Assembly (NCBI GenBank): GCA_964016885.1
Contig: OZ024741.1
Coordinates: 112,964,001 to 113,028,000 of the forward strand
DNA from: Eledone cirrhosa
Lineage: Eukaryota
DNA: 64,000 bases
Direction: 5' to 3'
A program made the position numbers and the translations under genes. Position 1 is the stretch's first letter; the number at the start of each line of letters is the position of its first letter. The notes beneath the pieces were generated by a model. It made no database searches and had not been told where the DNA came from. It saw only the letters and a program-made list of their open reading frames with translations. Shown here one piece after another: positions 22,174 to 36,393 of this stretch.

Positions 22174-22627
22174 TGGGATTTGAATACAGGGATGGTGGGA
22201 TATAGTCAAATATCTTAGTGGCCTGAATACTAGACTGGAAGGATATAGTCAATCATTGTTGGAGCTTGAATACTAGGCTGGCTTGCTCACTGAAAGTGTT
22301 AAAGAGGTATTAATTTGTATCTGTTCCAAATCGTTTGTAAATTTATTTCATACATCTTTGTGTCAATTGCTAACATTAAATATTTAAGAAATCTATTAGC
22401 ATTATTGATTGGTAGTTGTTGGTAAACTATTGACAAAAGATTCATATCTATTATTAATCTATTGTAGATAGTTAGGAACTTGAGTTATCTAAAACTAAGA
22501 TTTGATACTTAACTGAGAGAGTTGCATATAATTATAAAGCCCACTTATTTTATCCAATAAGTGTTTTTGAGACCATTTCCTGCTAAAGCAGAAGTTATCC
22601 TTTCAGGCATCATGTAGAATTTCATAT

Positions 22628-23446
22628 TGATCATGGAATCCAAAATGGCTGGTACCAAACTATTTGTTCATCTCATAGTACTCAAAGAGATACAGTGTAC
22701 CTATTCTAAAATAAAACATACTCTGAATTTCAAATTATTCAATGAAGAATTATTCAAAAAAGAATTGTTTCCATAAGCAGGCATCAATGCAATTATTTGC
22801 ATATACATACATGACAAAAGTGAGCTTCCAGTACACACTGTAAAGTGGTTGTGTAGGTGGCAGGACAAAAAGCACCCAGTCCACACTGTAAAGTGGTTGT
22901 GTAGATGTTGTGATAAAAAGGGCCCAGTCCACACTGTAAGGTGATCATGTAGGCAACATGCCAAAGAAGACCTAGCACACACTGTAAATGTGGTTGGTGT
23001 TAGGAAGGCCATCCAGCCATAGAAACCAAGCCAAATCAGTTCTGTGTGAGCGAATCACGGTCCCCAACCTGATCCCTCACAAAGGGACAGCCCGTCCTAA
23101 CCATGCTAGAGTGGAAGATGGATGTTAAATGATGATGATGATGATCATGATGATCATGATACTTTCAGTGATGTTAAGAAATTGAGGTTTAGTACATAAA
23201 TTATTTAGGCAAAGATCCTTTACCACTGAATATATTTCCTACCATTAACCATTCGGCTTTGCACAGTGTTATTTATATTCTGTCTGACTGGGGGCAGTTG
23301 AGAGAGGGTGCAATTCTTTTTTAAACCTTCATTGAATAATTTGAAATTCAGAGTATGTTTTATTTTAGTATAGGTACACTGTATCTCTTTGAGTACCATT
23401 AGATGAACAACTAGTTTGATACCTGCTAAGTTGGATTCCATGATCA
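22628..23446. repeat. Old ~135-bp inverted repeat enclosing an RTE 3' fragment
   Basis: 22628-22767 is the reverse complement of 23311-23446 with moderate divergence. Confidence 0.7.
22812..23160 (+). mobile_element. RTE 3' UTR fragment with four ~49-bp tandem units and (ATG)n tail
   Basis: cacactgtaaagtggttgtgtag..aaaaagcacccagtc repeated, then gttggtgttaggaaggccatccagc..gatgttaaatgatgatg. Confidence 0.8.
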
Positions 23447-23478
23447 TTTGTGCTGAACATCATTCTGAAAACTATGGT

Positions 23479-23587
23479 CTTCTTCTTCTTCTTCTTCTTC
23501 TTCTTCTTCTTCTTCTTCTTCTTCTTCTTCTTCTTCTTCTTCTTCTTCTTCTTCTTCTTCTTCTTCTTCTTCTTCTTCTTCTTCTTC
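23479..23587. repeat. (CTT)n microsatellite
   Basis: About 36 perfect units. Confidence 0.97.
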
Positions 23588-23948
23588 ACAACCACCTGTT
23601 GAGCAATCAAATTATTCCTCCTCAGTTGGCCAATTATGTGCTATCATGTCTCACAGCATCTAATAATTGAATTTACTACAATGATTCGTGGCCCCATTGG
23701 CTCCCAAGAAATTCAGAACCCTGTGAATCATCTGACAGCATTAATGTTACTTATTTCATATAAGGGATATCCTCTACTTCATATCTTTCAAACAGGAGGT
23801 GTTGTAGCAGATCTAGAAAGGCTTCAAACAGAAATTACTATTAACTCTTTCAATACAAAACTGCCTGAAATTTCACTTTGTTGTATGATACAAAACTTTA
23901 ATTTAAAGTAATTATATTTTCATTAAAAAAAACCCTTCCAGCATAATT

Positions 23949-24118
23949 ACCATATTTTCCAGCACCGAAGATGCTTCTTCCTCGAGGACGCACCCTAGTT
24001 TTGACAAGCAAAAATTTGAAAAAAAATAATAAACAGCCTTCGCCCTCCAGGATGCATGGTAGATTATTGAGACTTATTTCAGGAAAAAAGTAGCGTCTTC
24101 GACACCGGGAAATGATTT
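23949..24118. mobile_element. Tc2/pogo-like MITE relic
   Basis: Termini taccatattttccagcaccgaagatgct and agcgtcttcgacaccgggaaatga are imperfect TIRs; an internal gaggacgcaccc motif is typical of these MITEs. Confidence 0.55.
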
Positions 24119-24473
24119 TATGTTCTAAAGAATCTTTATGCTCTAAAGAAGTGTTTAACTATTTTCGTACCAGCCATGCCATATTCCTCAGGGTTAGTTT
24201 AAGAACTAGGTGGTTATTTAATTTCCAAAGCCGTTTCATCACACACATAGTCACCTTCTCAATCATTAAAGTGGCCCTGTCTGTATCCTCTTTGTTTTCA
24301 TTATGTTCTAGACACACCATCTTGTCTTTCACAGAAAGACAAAGTCTAACAATATCTGTTTCAACACAATTTCACATCAAGAATCTTACAAAGCAAATAT
24401 CAAACCAAAATGTATCCATCCATCTATCTCCCTCTCCCCTCTCTCTTTGTCTTCCACACACACACACACACGC

Positions 24474-24533
<60 letters not shown>

Positions 24534-24554
24534 CTTAAATCATGTCCTTAGAAT

Positions 24555-24796
24555 TATTAGATAAAATATATACAATTTCCTCTCCCAATTAGCATAATTA
24601 ACCATATAAAAAATCAATTAGACCAGGCTATAAGAATAAAGGCTCCTATGAAGAAATATTTGATAAATAACCGAAAGCAGCCCCTTCGCGGTTGACCACA
24701 ATAGAGTATTTAGCCAACATTTCAACAACATGTAGAAACTGACCAAATATATCGTCAACCATACACAATTAGGTATAAATTTAAAGTTAGAAGAAA
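24555..24796 (+). repeat. Interspersed repeat of unknown class; second copy at ~37595-37837
   Basis: Shared cctctcccaat.agcataat..ccaggctataaga..gtcaaccatacacaattaggtataaa.ttaaagttagaagaaa. Confidence 0.7.
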
Positions 24797-25268
24797 TGTG
24801 TACACACATACATAATATATATGTATGTACAAACATACGTATGTATATCATCATCATCATCATCATCATCATCATATGTGTAAATATCGATACACGCTCT
24901 ATTTTTTCATAACATATACACACACTCATTCACATACACACATAAATGTACATTTACATTAATTAGGTCCTCTAAGTTGCACTGTTAATAATTACCGATT
25001 ATTTCATTAAGCTATAATGTTTACTGTTCATTTCATTCCTTTGTTATTGAATTTTCCTTTTCTTTGCTAGCTATTAACTTAAAAATTTATGGCCACACTT
25101 ATTGATATTTTAAAATATAAACAGTAGATTCATTAGAGAAAACTCTTTTTCTTTTACAAATTACCTATAGTTTGTCCTATACAGCTATCTATCTATCTCT
25201 CTCTCTATATATACATATATATATATATATATACAATCACACATATTTATGGCACATATCTATATATA

Positions 25269-25343
<75 letters not shown>

Positions 25344-25369
25344 ATATATACGTATGTATATATATATAA

Positions 25370-25438
<69 letters not shown>

Positions 25439-25459
25439 AGTATGTATATATGTGTGTAA

Positions 25460-25491
<32 letters not shown>

Positions 25492-26743
25492 GCCTCTGTG
25501 TTGTATCTCATATATATCTTATTGTCTGTCTGTCCTCTTGCTAGCTGTCTCTCTGGCTGTCTCACATACTTCATCTTTCAAATAAATCTTCCTTCTATCT
25601 CTCCTTTAATTACATACAAATGCGAGCTTACACCCATATAGATGTATGTGTATATATGTGTATAGATATATATCTGTGTGTATGTATATGTTGACACATA
25701 AATATTCATGTATGCTTACACATATTTGTATGTATGTATGTATGTATGCATCTACATATGTGTGTTTGTATTCATATATTTATGTATATGCACATACACA
25801 CACAAATATATATACAAACATACAATGTTAAATGATAATGATGTACATAAATATATGTTTGTGTGTATGTATATGTGAATGTGTGTATGTGTGTGTGTAT
25901 GTATGTATGTATGTACGTATGTGTCTGTGAGTGTGTGTATGTATCTATGTATACAAAATAAATGAGGAAAATGAGAATGTAGCTAGCTCGTTTTAAATCG
26001 CAAACTGTCCAGCTCCTGTTCAACACTTGTTTTATTATTGATAAACTGACAATTGAGTTTTAAAAGAAGTTTCTCTGATTTCATTAAATTCCTTGTAATA
26101 TAAATGGTGCCATAAAAATAGTTGTGCACACAGCAGTCTCCAAGAATTATTTTAATAAATCAATGCCATTGAGATGGCAAAGGAGTAATGTTTAAAAGTT
26201 AAACAGAGTTAATCACACCACTAACTCTGCATGATTCGGAATAACATTTGTATATGGGCCTATATATAATACATTTATTTATAATAAACATATATATACA
26301 AAAACTGAGATTATTTGTATATTTATTATGCATTAGCTATATAATTAATGTTTATAGAATCATATTAAATATATTTATGAACGAAATAAACATATATATA
26401 CTCTCATTGTTAGTATTTTAAGCTGTGATATGATCACAGCTAAAAAAATATTCACCCTGAAGCTATGTTTATTCTGCATTAACTATATAGTTAAAGTGTA
26501 TATGGCGTAATATACATTATATTTATGTATAATAAAAATACGTATATTCCCACTGTGAGTATTTTAATCTGTGATCATATAACATTGGCATTGGTGTAAG
26601 AGTGCTGTATACAAGTATTTCTGGATTATTATCCATCTTCAACAACACTTACATACTGTGGGATTTGAAGTATAAAAGACATAAATATCGCAAATAAACT
26701 ATTATAGTTGAAAGATGATTTATATTCAATGGAAGCTTGACTT

Positions 26744-27000
26744 TCTTCTTCTTTGCCCACTTATTCCTGAGAGGGTCATGGGGCCAGAGTTCTCAAACAG
26801 TTTTTCCAGCAAGCTTGAGATCACCTTCTGTTGAGTTATGTAATACCATATTGTCTGCAAATTCCAGCCAACTGATTCTACATTTGTCAGTCATGATATC
26901 ACTTCCAGCCTGACTGGGCATCTCTAGTATTAATTAGTAATAACACTAACACAGCACAATCCTGACCAGTTCTATCCTTTCATCCCTGAAAAATCATATC
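26744..27000 (-). mobile_element. Old RTE 3' end with (AAG)n tail
   Basis: ttcttcttctttgcccacttattcctgagagggtc matches the ends at 47836 and ~52510. Confidence 0.65.
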
Positions 27001-28001
27001 AGAATCAACTTTCATAATTTTGGGGTTGATCAAATAAAATAACAGTCAAGAGCAAGCAGGATAATGTAGTCCACTGCTTGGAAAGACAACAACAAAAAAT
27101 AAAAGGTGTTGTCATGGCTGCAGATGGCAGAAGCAAAAGATGGGATTCAACATGACACAGTCTGTGACAAGGTTGGCTCTTTGAATTACAGGTACAACTC
27201 ACCTTTGCCAGTTGTATGAATTGAAGCAATTTGAAATAAAATGTCTTGCTCTAGGACACAATATGCTGCTGGGAATTGAACTCACAACCTTAATGTCAGA
27301 TATTTTTTATACTGTTCCTGATACATGATATTGCAATGTTCTCTAGTTTAATAAATCAACTTTACAGCTGTGATGTTTCTGATACTGTTCCTGATAATGA
27401 AAATGATCACCAATAGTGGCTGGAGGTTAATCCTGTGGTGATATGATGTCACGTCCAGGAGGGGTGGGATTGGGGGCAGCTTTACTGTGGTTAACATTGC
27501 AAAAGTGAATGGTTCTACTTTTAGCATGAGCGTGTAAGTCAGAAAAGGAAAATCAGAAGAGGGTAGTTTCCTGTGGTTATCAGACTGACCATTTGTTTGT
27601 GAAGTTTCTCATATGATGATCTGTAGTTTAACAAATCAACTCTACAGCAGACAGTGTAGGTCATATAAATCTGTGATTTCAACTTTTCATCTGAAGAACA
27701 AGATACATGGCTGTTTAGATTAATGGCCTGTAATATATTCCCAGTAAATTGTAGACATATTTTAGTTGAGCCAGAAATCCAATTGAGACTCTGCTTAGAG
27801 GATATCAAAATTTAAGTAGTTAAGATGGAGAGGAATTAGTTAAAAGTGTATTTGATATCAGAGATTCCTTAATTATTTGGACATCTTAACCAGTTCATTA
27901 AATAAAGTGAAATTGATACTTCAACACATTTCCTTCTAAATATCAGATGATATTCACGTATATACATGTGTGTATGCATTCACACATACACACACATACA
28001 C

Positions 28002-28500
28002 ATCATTATCATCATGGTTTTTAAATCCATTCTCCCATGCTTAAATGGGTTGGATGGGTCCTTTTCAGCACAACATCACTCCACTCACTGTGCTCCTTCG
28101 TCATCTCCTACATGAGTCTCAGCGATTTGAGGTCAGCTCTACCACACCTGGCCATGTTTTTCTTGGTCCACCCTTACTGCAGCTTCCTTCCACTGGCATT
28201 TGCTGTACTTCTTCACTCAGCAATCATCATCTATATGCATCACATCTCCGTATCAACACAGTCTCCTCTGCTGCACACCACCTCGTATCCTCCTTGAACC
28301 AAGCTTCTCCCTCAGTTCGTCCAAGCTCTGCCTTTCTTTCACACTTACATTGCACATACAATGAATCATGTTTGCTTCATTTGTCTCCAGTCTATGCATG
28401 TTCTCAGCAGTCACAGCCCATGTTTCACTACCATGCAGCATTGCACTTCACACACAGGCATCATAGTCATACTTTTGTATGTAAGGAGAAACATTTTGTA
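28002..28500 (-). mobile_element. Old RTE C-terminal fragment
   Basis: MLHGSETWAVTAENMHRLETNE..RRIRGGVQQRRL plus the 3' tail. Similar relics at ~31540-31870, 53560-53975 and 56400-56760. Confidence 0.75.
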
Positions 28501-29124
28501 GTCAACACTCACCCACAATGTCTATTAGGAGCTGAAGAGGAAAAACCAGAAAGGAACACACTTATATAAAGACTCAGAAAGACACACACAGATCCATAAA
28601 AACATACACATGTATATATACACTCATATGCATTCATAAGAAAATATATATACATAGTTTTTGGTAGAGCTGGTGCCACGTGGGTAGTGTGAGTGCCATG
28701 ATGAAATGCACCCAGTACACTTTGTGAAATGGTTGTGCTGGTGCTATGGTACATGTTGTAACATGATTGACATTAGGACAAACATTAAGCTGTAGAAACT
28801 ACATAAAACAGGATGTTTGAGGAGCATATGGTCATATGACCCATCTAGTTTCAGACCTTGGTAAATTATCTAACTTATATTAGCATGGAAAACAAGCCTA
28901 AAACAGGTATGATAATATGATAATGGTATATATATATATATATATTTGGGGTGGGGTGCATGTGTTCCAATTAGAAACTTATTAATGAACCCCAGTTTAT
29001 GAAATGTGTTAACACTTAGTTAAAGACACAATTCTGTGTGGAGTTATCTCTGAATTTAATTGCAGCACTAACAATGGTCACAGTTATATCTTCAAAATAA
29101 GCCTTTCAGTAGTTGATCTGGATC

Positions 29125-30390
29125 TCTATATTCTGATTTCAAATGCCACCAATGTCGACTTTGTGACTTTATTCATCTGTGGTCGAGTACTGAATTGATA
29201 TAATTAATTTACTCCTCCCCCAAATTGCTGGCCTTGAGTTGAGTTTAAATTAGAAATCATTATGATTATTAACATTAGGGCAGTAGATTTGGCAGGATTA
29301 TTAGAGCATTGGATTAACTGTCATATAGTATTTCAGTTCTTTACATTCTGTGTTCAAATCTCTTGATGTCAACTTTGCCTTTTATCCTTACTTGATTGAT
29401 AAAATAAAGTACCAGTAAGGTACTGGTGTCAATTTGATCAAATTACCCCTTCCCCAAATTGCTGGTCTTGTGCCTGAATTAGAAAGCATTGTCATTGTTA
29501 TTTATTCTCAGGCAAGGGATTGACAGTATCAGTAGAGCAACAGACAAAACACTATGTTGTATTTAGGTATGACTTTCTAAGTTCTGAGTTCAAATCCTGC
29601 TGAGGTCAACTTTACCTCTCTTCCTTTCAGAGTCGATAAAATAATGTCGCAATTAAGTACTGGAATCAATATTACTATATTTCCCTTTCCCACAAATTAG
29701 TAGCCTTGTGCCTATGTTAGAAATAATTATTACTACTTACTTTCAGTTTGCACTTGGATACCCTAGAACATAGCTGAGAGAAAACATTTACTATGGTAGT
29801 CTGAGTAACCCTTGATTTGTAGGATTCTTGAATCAACCATATCGAAATGTTTGCTTTCAATCCTTTTCTATACTTTAGTTTTCATTGTCTGTTTATCCAC
29901 ACACAGTTCTGCACAAAAAATATTCACCACACCATTTTTATAAGTTGTGCCTTTACCCATCACCCTTCTGGCAAATAACAGATATCAACGCCCTCATTGT
30001 TGTTGTTGTTATTGAACAACATTGTTGAATTGAACGTCAGTCAAAATATTTTGCAGCATATAGTTACAACCCTTTACATTCTGAGTTCAATTCCCACCGC
30101 AATCAACTTTACCTTTCATCTTTCCAGGGTTGATAAAATACCAGTCAATTACTGGGATTAATTTAGTCAACTTTCCCCTGTCTGCAAATTGCTGGCCTTG
30201 TGCCTAAATTAGAAATCATCTTTATCATTACATCATTATTATAATGGTTGCTACAGCCAGCAGTGAACATTATTGATAGAGAAACTGACAAAATGTCATG
30301 CTGTTTGGTTACATTCATTTACATTCTGAAATGAAATTGTGATGGGGGATTAATGAAATAAATCTCAGTTAAGTACTGAGGTTGATTTAA
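29125..30390 (+). mobile_element. Cluster of about 5 head-to-tail degenerate Meta-domain SINEs
   Basis: Repeated ttctgagttcaaat..gtcaactttgcctttcatcct..gataaaata.agtaccag..ccccaaattgctggccttgtgcctaaattagaaa at ~29130, 29277, 29510, 30040 and 30250. Confidence 0.75.
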
Positions 30391-32908
30391 TCTTTTAGTG
30401 ACCATATTTCTAATGAAAAACACTGCCTAAGATTTGCAAATAATTTTGAAAATACTCATAAATATAGAGGGATTTAGTAATATAACATTCTCATTATCAA
30501 GCTTCTGTATGTATAAATTAACAAAAGGTTATTGCATAGAATTATGATGGAAGATTGTTAGATAAATATAAACATGACAAAACAAACAAGTGTGTATTGT
30601 AGATCCAGGGGTAATTTCAAGTTGATGTGTTTCAAAAAAATTAATCAGTTTTCGCTCCCACTCCCCAAATGTTGGTGACCAAAGTGAAAAATTACTATTA
30701 GGATTTAAAGGCCATTTCTTAACAAGGATTTAAAGGCAATTTCCACCATTAAAGTAGGAGTTAGCCTTGCAGGCCCTATGGAATGAGAACCTTTTTGAAG
30801 CAAGGTTTTACAGCCAGATTTCCTTCTTGGCACCAGCATTTTTATTCACCTCAAATAACACTCAATAACGTAGTGTATTTTAAACTGGAGACAAATAATC
30901 AAATTATTATCAGTCTTTTCAATTTTCTTTGTTGTTTATCAAGGACAATTTTTATAATTACTTACTGGTCTCTAAAGAGTCATTTAATCACTGCAAACTA
31001 ATATTTAGTATAGTCATTCTAAGTCCAGCCTCTGTGATTTTGAAATTATTTCTCCTCTTTTATTGAAATGCTACAGCTAATAAATGTTTTCACTTTCATT
31101 TTCCTGAAATTAATTCCTGGTTTTGCAATTTTACTTTCACTATCAAAGTTAATAAGTTATATTTATACATAATATTTTCAAAGAATATTTTATATATTTC
31201 CCCTGTTATCCCAGAATTATTTAATTAAGTTATTTGAATTTACAATCTAATTATTAAAGTCAAGAAATTTTATAAAATAAATTATAATGAAATATATTAT
31301 TTATTAGAATTTTTAAAATTAATTTCACTTATTAAAATATAAATACTTTTCATAAATTTAGTGACATTCAAATTGTTTAAATACAGAAGGAATTTGTAAT
31401 AATAAATCAAGGATGTATACATTATATCTGTGTGTGCCTGTATGCATCATGATCATCACTATCATCATCATTACAATCATCATCCTCATTGTCATCACTG
31501 TCATCATCACTACAATCATCATCATCCTCATCGTCATCACTGTCATCAACATTACTATCATCATCATCCCCATCATCTGTCCATTTTCTATGTATTGGAT
31601 GGACCTACTTCCATCACAACATCATACAACCTATTGTGGTCCTTTGTCATTTCCTTTGTAATTTTCAGCCTTCTGGTATCAGCTTTCCCTACTTCTCGTG
31701 CCTTCCTTGGGCTTCTTCACAAGCATGTTCTATTTCAATAACTTGGCCTTTCTGTAACCAATCTCATCCTTCATAAGTATCACATGTTTGCGCTAACTTA
31801 GTCTTCTCTTTTGTACACTATATCTAATTTTCTCTTATAGTCAGTTTGTTCTTAGCTCATATCCAAGCATGAAACTGTCACTTGTTCTTTGTTACAAACT
31901 ATATATTTTCAATTGTTTTTTAGCAAAAAAATTTCCCTCATAGTTTTATGCAAGAACCTTTGTTATGTTCCAAATATCATTTAAATAATGAGAAAGTTAG
32001 TTATATTACAAAATCCTTCCAAATTCATCATTCAAAATTATTTGAAAATCATAGGCAGTATCTTCCATTTAAAATATAGTAATGAATGGATTAACAGCAG
32101 TAGCTCTTACTGTCTGAAGCTTAATATTTCAAGATTATTACTTTTGTAACATAACCTGAGTGAAGTTAATGTTGGCTGAAAGAGTTAGAGAGAGGAAATA
32201 ATTTTACAACTAAGAGAACTGGAAGATAACTGGAAGATAAGTTGGCTGTATATAAAATGTAAATTCATGATGTGTATGTAGAGTATATAGTGAAATGTGG
32301 TAATATTGGGAGTACATAGATATTGCAACTGGTACAACATAGTATATATGATTGCGTCGATGTATGTAACTGGAGGAAGATAAGTCAATTATTTAGCCCA
32401 TGGAATGAATTGTTCCAAGGTAATATATGAGATATTTTTCTAACCAGAACTGAAATATTGGTGAATCATGTCCTAGAGTGATACTGTATAAAATACATGT
32501 GATAAGTGAATATAATGGCGATAGGTGAACCAGTTTTATTTTATGTAGCATCTCATCATTTGACATGCTTCTTTGTCATTGTATACAAACAACAGCAAAA
32601 AGAAAATGTTTGTGTATCATGGTTTTTGTACCCTTGCTATCACTAACCACTTTCCAGCATGGACTGATGTATTTTCTCATGTCACTAGCACTAGAGGGGT
32701 TCTTTAGATATTTCTCTGTCTTTTATTAGTTTTTCTATTCTGAGATACTTCTTGCATAGCTTACAGACTCCATGTCTCCTTCAATTTTTTTCCTTTTTTT
32801 GTGTGACTTTCTGTCACAGGATAAGGTCAGATATTTACAATGGAATATTTGAACACTTCTTGATTTTTGCCAATATCATCATTGTTTTAACTTACTAATT
32901 AATTAATG

Positions 32909-33125
32909 GTTTCTTATATAGGCACAAGGCCAGTAATTTGGGGGGAGGGGAAAGTCGATTAAATCGACCCCAGTGCGTGACTGGTACTTTATTTTATCGA
33001 CCCCATAAGGATGAAAGGCAAAGTTAACCTCGTCGGCGGGATTTGAACTCAGATCATAAAGAACCGTAACTCTATGCTGCAAAGCATGGCGTCCGACCCT
33101 CTACCGATACTGCCAATCCACCGCC
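32909..33125 (-). mobile_element. Young Meta-domain tRNA-derived SINE with 18-bp TSD
   Basis: Minus strand reads ggcggtggattggcag..ctgagttcaaatccc..ttaactttgcctttcatccttatggggtcgataaaataaagtaccag. TSD cttactaattaattaatg at 32891-32908 and 33126-33143. Confidence 0.9.
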
Positions 33126-34741
33126 CTTACTAATTAATTAATGCTTTCAATAATCATCCTGGGATTTTGTTTTCTTTATTCCAAAAATAAAAAATCAGAT
33201 GTAAAATGAAAATATTAAAAAATCTTATTCTATTATCTTATTACTTTTGCCCTTTTATTTACTAAACATATGAATTATTTATTACTTCATATAAAGTCTT
33301 GACTTTAGATTCCCTTATTGATTCTCCTGTTTGTCTGCATCTTTTCTGTTAATATATTAATTAGTAGCTCTAGAAAATGTACTACTTTTACATTGGTGCT
33401 TCTGTTTTCTTTCATCTTTTCAAGAATGTTCTAACAATATATGTATTAGTAACTAAAAAAAATTGTACCATATTTATATTGGTACAATTATTTCCTTCTG
33501 TCTTCTGGAAGTTTCTACGAATATGTGAATTAATCATTCCACTGTTTATTGCTTCCATAAGTATTTTTTTTTTGCCTTCATATTCTTTTATTTATTTATT
33601 CATCCCTACATTTATCAGTAATTTCATAATTCCAGAAAATGTATTATTACTTGAATAACATGGTTTACTTTTAAAGTTTCCTGTCAATGTTTGAATTAGT
33701 AATATGGAAAATATCATCATATTATTAGAAATATTTCTCTCCCTTGTGAATAGTAAAGAATTAATAAAAACAACAAAAATATATCCAAATAACTTTCAAT
33801 CTATTTGTGCCTTTCTGATTAAGCGTATTCATGTATGAGCATGTGTGTAAATATTATCAGATCAAAAGTCATACCTGTGAAATGCTTAACTCTTTGATAC
33901 CTAACTGCCTGAAACAAGCCCTGGTTCTATAATTAAAAGAAAATGTTTGTTTTACACAGTTTATATTTATCAAAACAACCTTCCATCATAATTTTTTCAA
34001 AGAACTATATGTTCCAGGCATCAGACTAATAATGAGAAAGTTAGTAATATAATTAAATCCTTCCAATTTCTTGATTATTTTCAAATATATTTGAGAGTCA
34101 TAAGCAGTGGATTTCATTAGAATTATGTTATTGAGATTCCATGATTTATATGGAACATATATTTTTCATCTATAAATTTATTTGTGCTTTCTCTAGTTTC
34201 CAGCATTGTTCCTCTTTTCATGGTAGTTATTCTAGACAGCTTCTTGATTCCAAAGAAAATACATAATTTGTAATTGCAAGACCTAGTCTTCCAAACTATC
34301 TTGGAGAGTAGTAACACCAAATAAAATCTAACTCCGTCTCTAAAAAGCCATCTAACCTTGCCAGCATGGAAAATAAGTACAAAATTGTGATGATTATACA
34401 CACACATTTACTTATAAAGATCATATACATCATCGTTTTTATGTTGACATTTTTATGCTAGCATGAGATAGATGTGGCTTCATAAGGCAACTTTTGACAT
34501 AAACCCTTTTAGTCACATCTTATAACACACTGGGATACAGTGTACCTATTCTAAGCAATGGTATACAATCTAAGGCATGGTATACAATCAATCATATCTC
34601 AAAGTATATTTGTACATAAATCTATGTATCTACAGGATCAATCAAAAGTCCATCCCCCATATGAAATGTATCTAGGACAATAATTCCCATTTAAAATTAA
34701 TTTTTTGTTGTTGTTTTTTTTTGTTAAATTTTTCATCTGTA

Positions 34742-34899
34742 GGTAAAGGCATTACTGTGTTTTTAAGTAGTTTGATTTATAACCACATGGTTATGAATTC
34801 CGTCCCACTGTGTGGCCCCTTGGGCAAGAGTTTCTACCATAACCTTAGATTGACCAATGCCTTGTGAGTGTAATTGGTGAACAGAAACTGGGGAAGGTC

Positions 34900-34948
<49 letters not shown>

Positions 34949-35130
34949 GTGTGTATATGTTAATTGTTTATGTCCCATAACATAACAGTTAAACAAAAAG
35001 AGATCAATAAATTAAGCACCAAACTTGGAAAAAGAAGTAATGGAGTAAAAAAATGGAGTAAATCAGATCAGGGTTGTACTCCAGCATGGCCGCAGCCTAA
35101 TGACTGAAACCAGTAAAAGAATAATAGAAA
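34742..35130 (+). mobile_element. tRNA/CORE-type SINE with internal (TA)n
   Basis: Head and ccttgggcaag core, gccttgtgagtg, microsatellite, then tail catggccgcag..tgactgaaaccagtaaaagaata. A similar copy lies at ~56970-57240. Confidence 0.7.
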
Positions 35131-35542
35131 AAGTATGCATTTTGAACATTTTAAAGCCAAGAAAAACTACTAAATAAATACATGTGATGGAAAATATAAT
35201 GTTAAATTAATTTCCTATGAGTCAGACTATTCAAACAATCTGGAGATATTCATGTATACCCATGATTTATGTACATTTAGTATCTTCATTTTATATATAT
35301 ATAATTTATCACCAATTCTTTTCTCATCCATTTATTGGTTTCAATAACTGGACTGTGGCCATGCTGGGACACCAGCTTAAAAGTGTTTTTATGATTATAT
35401 CAACCCTACTACTAATTGTACAAGTTTGGTACACATTTTATCAAATTCATTTTGAAAAACGATTAAGCTATAGGATATACACAAACAAATACATGAAGGC
35501 ACACATGCACAAACATGCATGCAAACACACACATATACACGG

Positions 35543-35617
<75 letters not shown>

Positions 35618-35631
35618 ACACACACACATAT

Positions 35632-36230
35632 ATATTTATTAAAATAACAGATTAAAGTTTAAGCAAAGAATCGCTGCTTTCACCCTTAACGGGATCTTCT
35701 GAAACTAAAAAAATCAATCTGTGAACGCAGAAGTAAATATTTCGAAAAACGTTGCAACCGAAGGAAAACGGGAAGACAATACTTTGGTTCGTGAAGCGTT
35801 CCCTGGCAATGAACGGAAAAAAGCGAAGATAATACGTCGTTATGCGGAGCGTTGAGAACAATTACACGCAAAGACAAAACCACGTTTATGGTAAAAATGG
35901 AGTCGTTAGACTAATATTCTATTTAGGAAGCCGAATGATTCTCGGCTTCGGGGTGAAGAATAATGTAAATAAATTAGTAGAACGAAAATGACAGAGGTTA
36001 TTAAAATCATAAAAGTAATAAAAATTAAATACATACATACACACATTTATATACGTACATACATTTGCATACACGAAAACACCCGCCATGCGTGCATATA
36101 CGGTTGCAACGTTTTTCGAAATATTTACTTCTGCGTTCACAGATTGATTTTTTTTAGTTTCAGAAGATCCCGTTAAGGGTGAAAGCAGCGATTCTTTGCT
36201 TAAACTTTAATTTGTTATTTTTATAAATAT
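35632..36230. mobile_element. ~600-bp element with ~129-bp near-perfect inverted arms (inverted pLTR pair or MITE)
   Basis: Arms 35632-35760 and 36101-36230. A 35-bp terminal fragment recurs at 9573-9607. The right arm contains hammerhead-like CAGAAGA-t.ccc(gttaa)ggg.t-GAAA. Confidence 0.7.
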
Positions 36231-36309
36231 TTGCTCTAGGGTTCTTATATATTTGATATATATTTATCCTTATCGAGCCCTCTTTGGATTTGAGTCTTCA
36301 CTTTATTAT

Positions 36310-36389
<80 letters not shown>

Positions 36390-36393
<4 letters not shown>

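Noticed and set aside
24640-24695. Hammerhead in the 24555/37595 repeat (ctatgaaga..cgaaagc)
   Set aside because: The core is interrupted and not conserved in the second copy.
28525-28565. CTGAAGA-gg(aaaaa)cc-a-GAAA as a hammerhead
   Set aside because: No stem III, NUH or stem I partner. Isolated CTGATGA/CTGAAGA words at 9444, 27691, 57783 and 63912 were rejected for the same reason.
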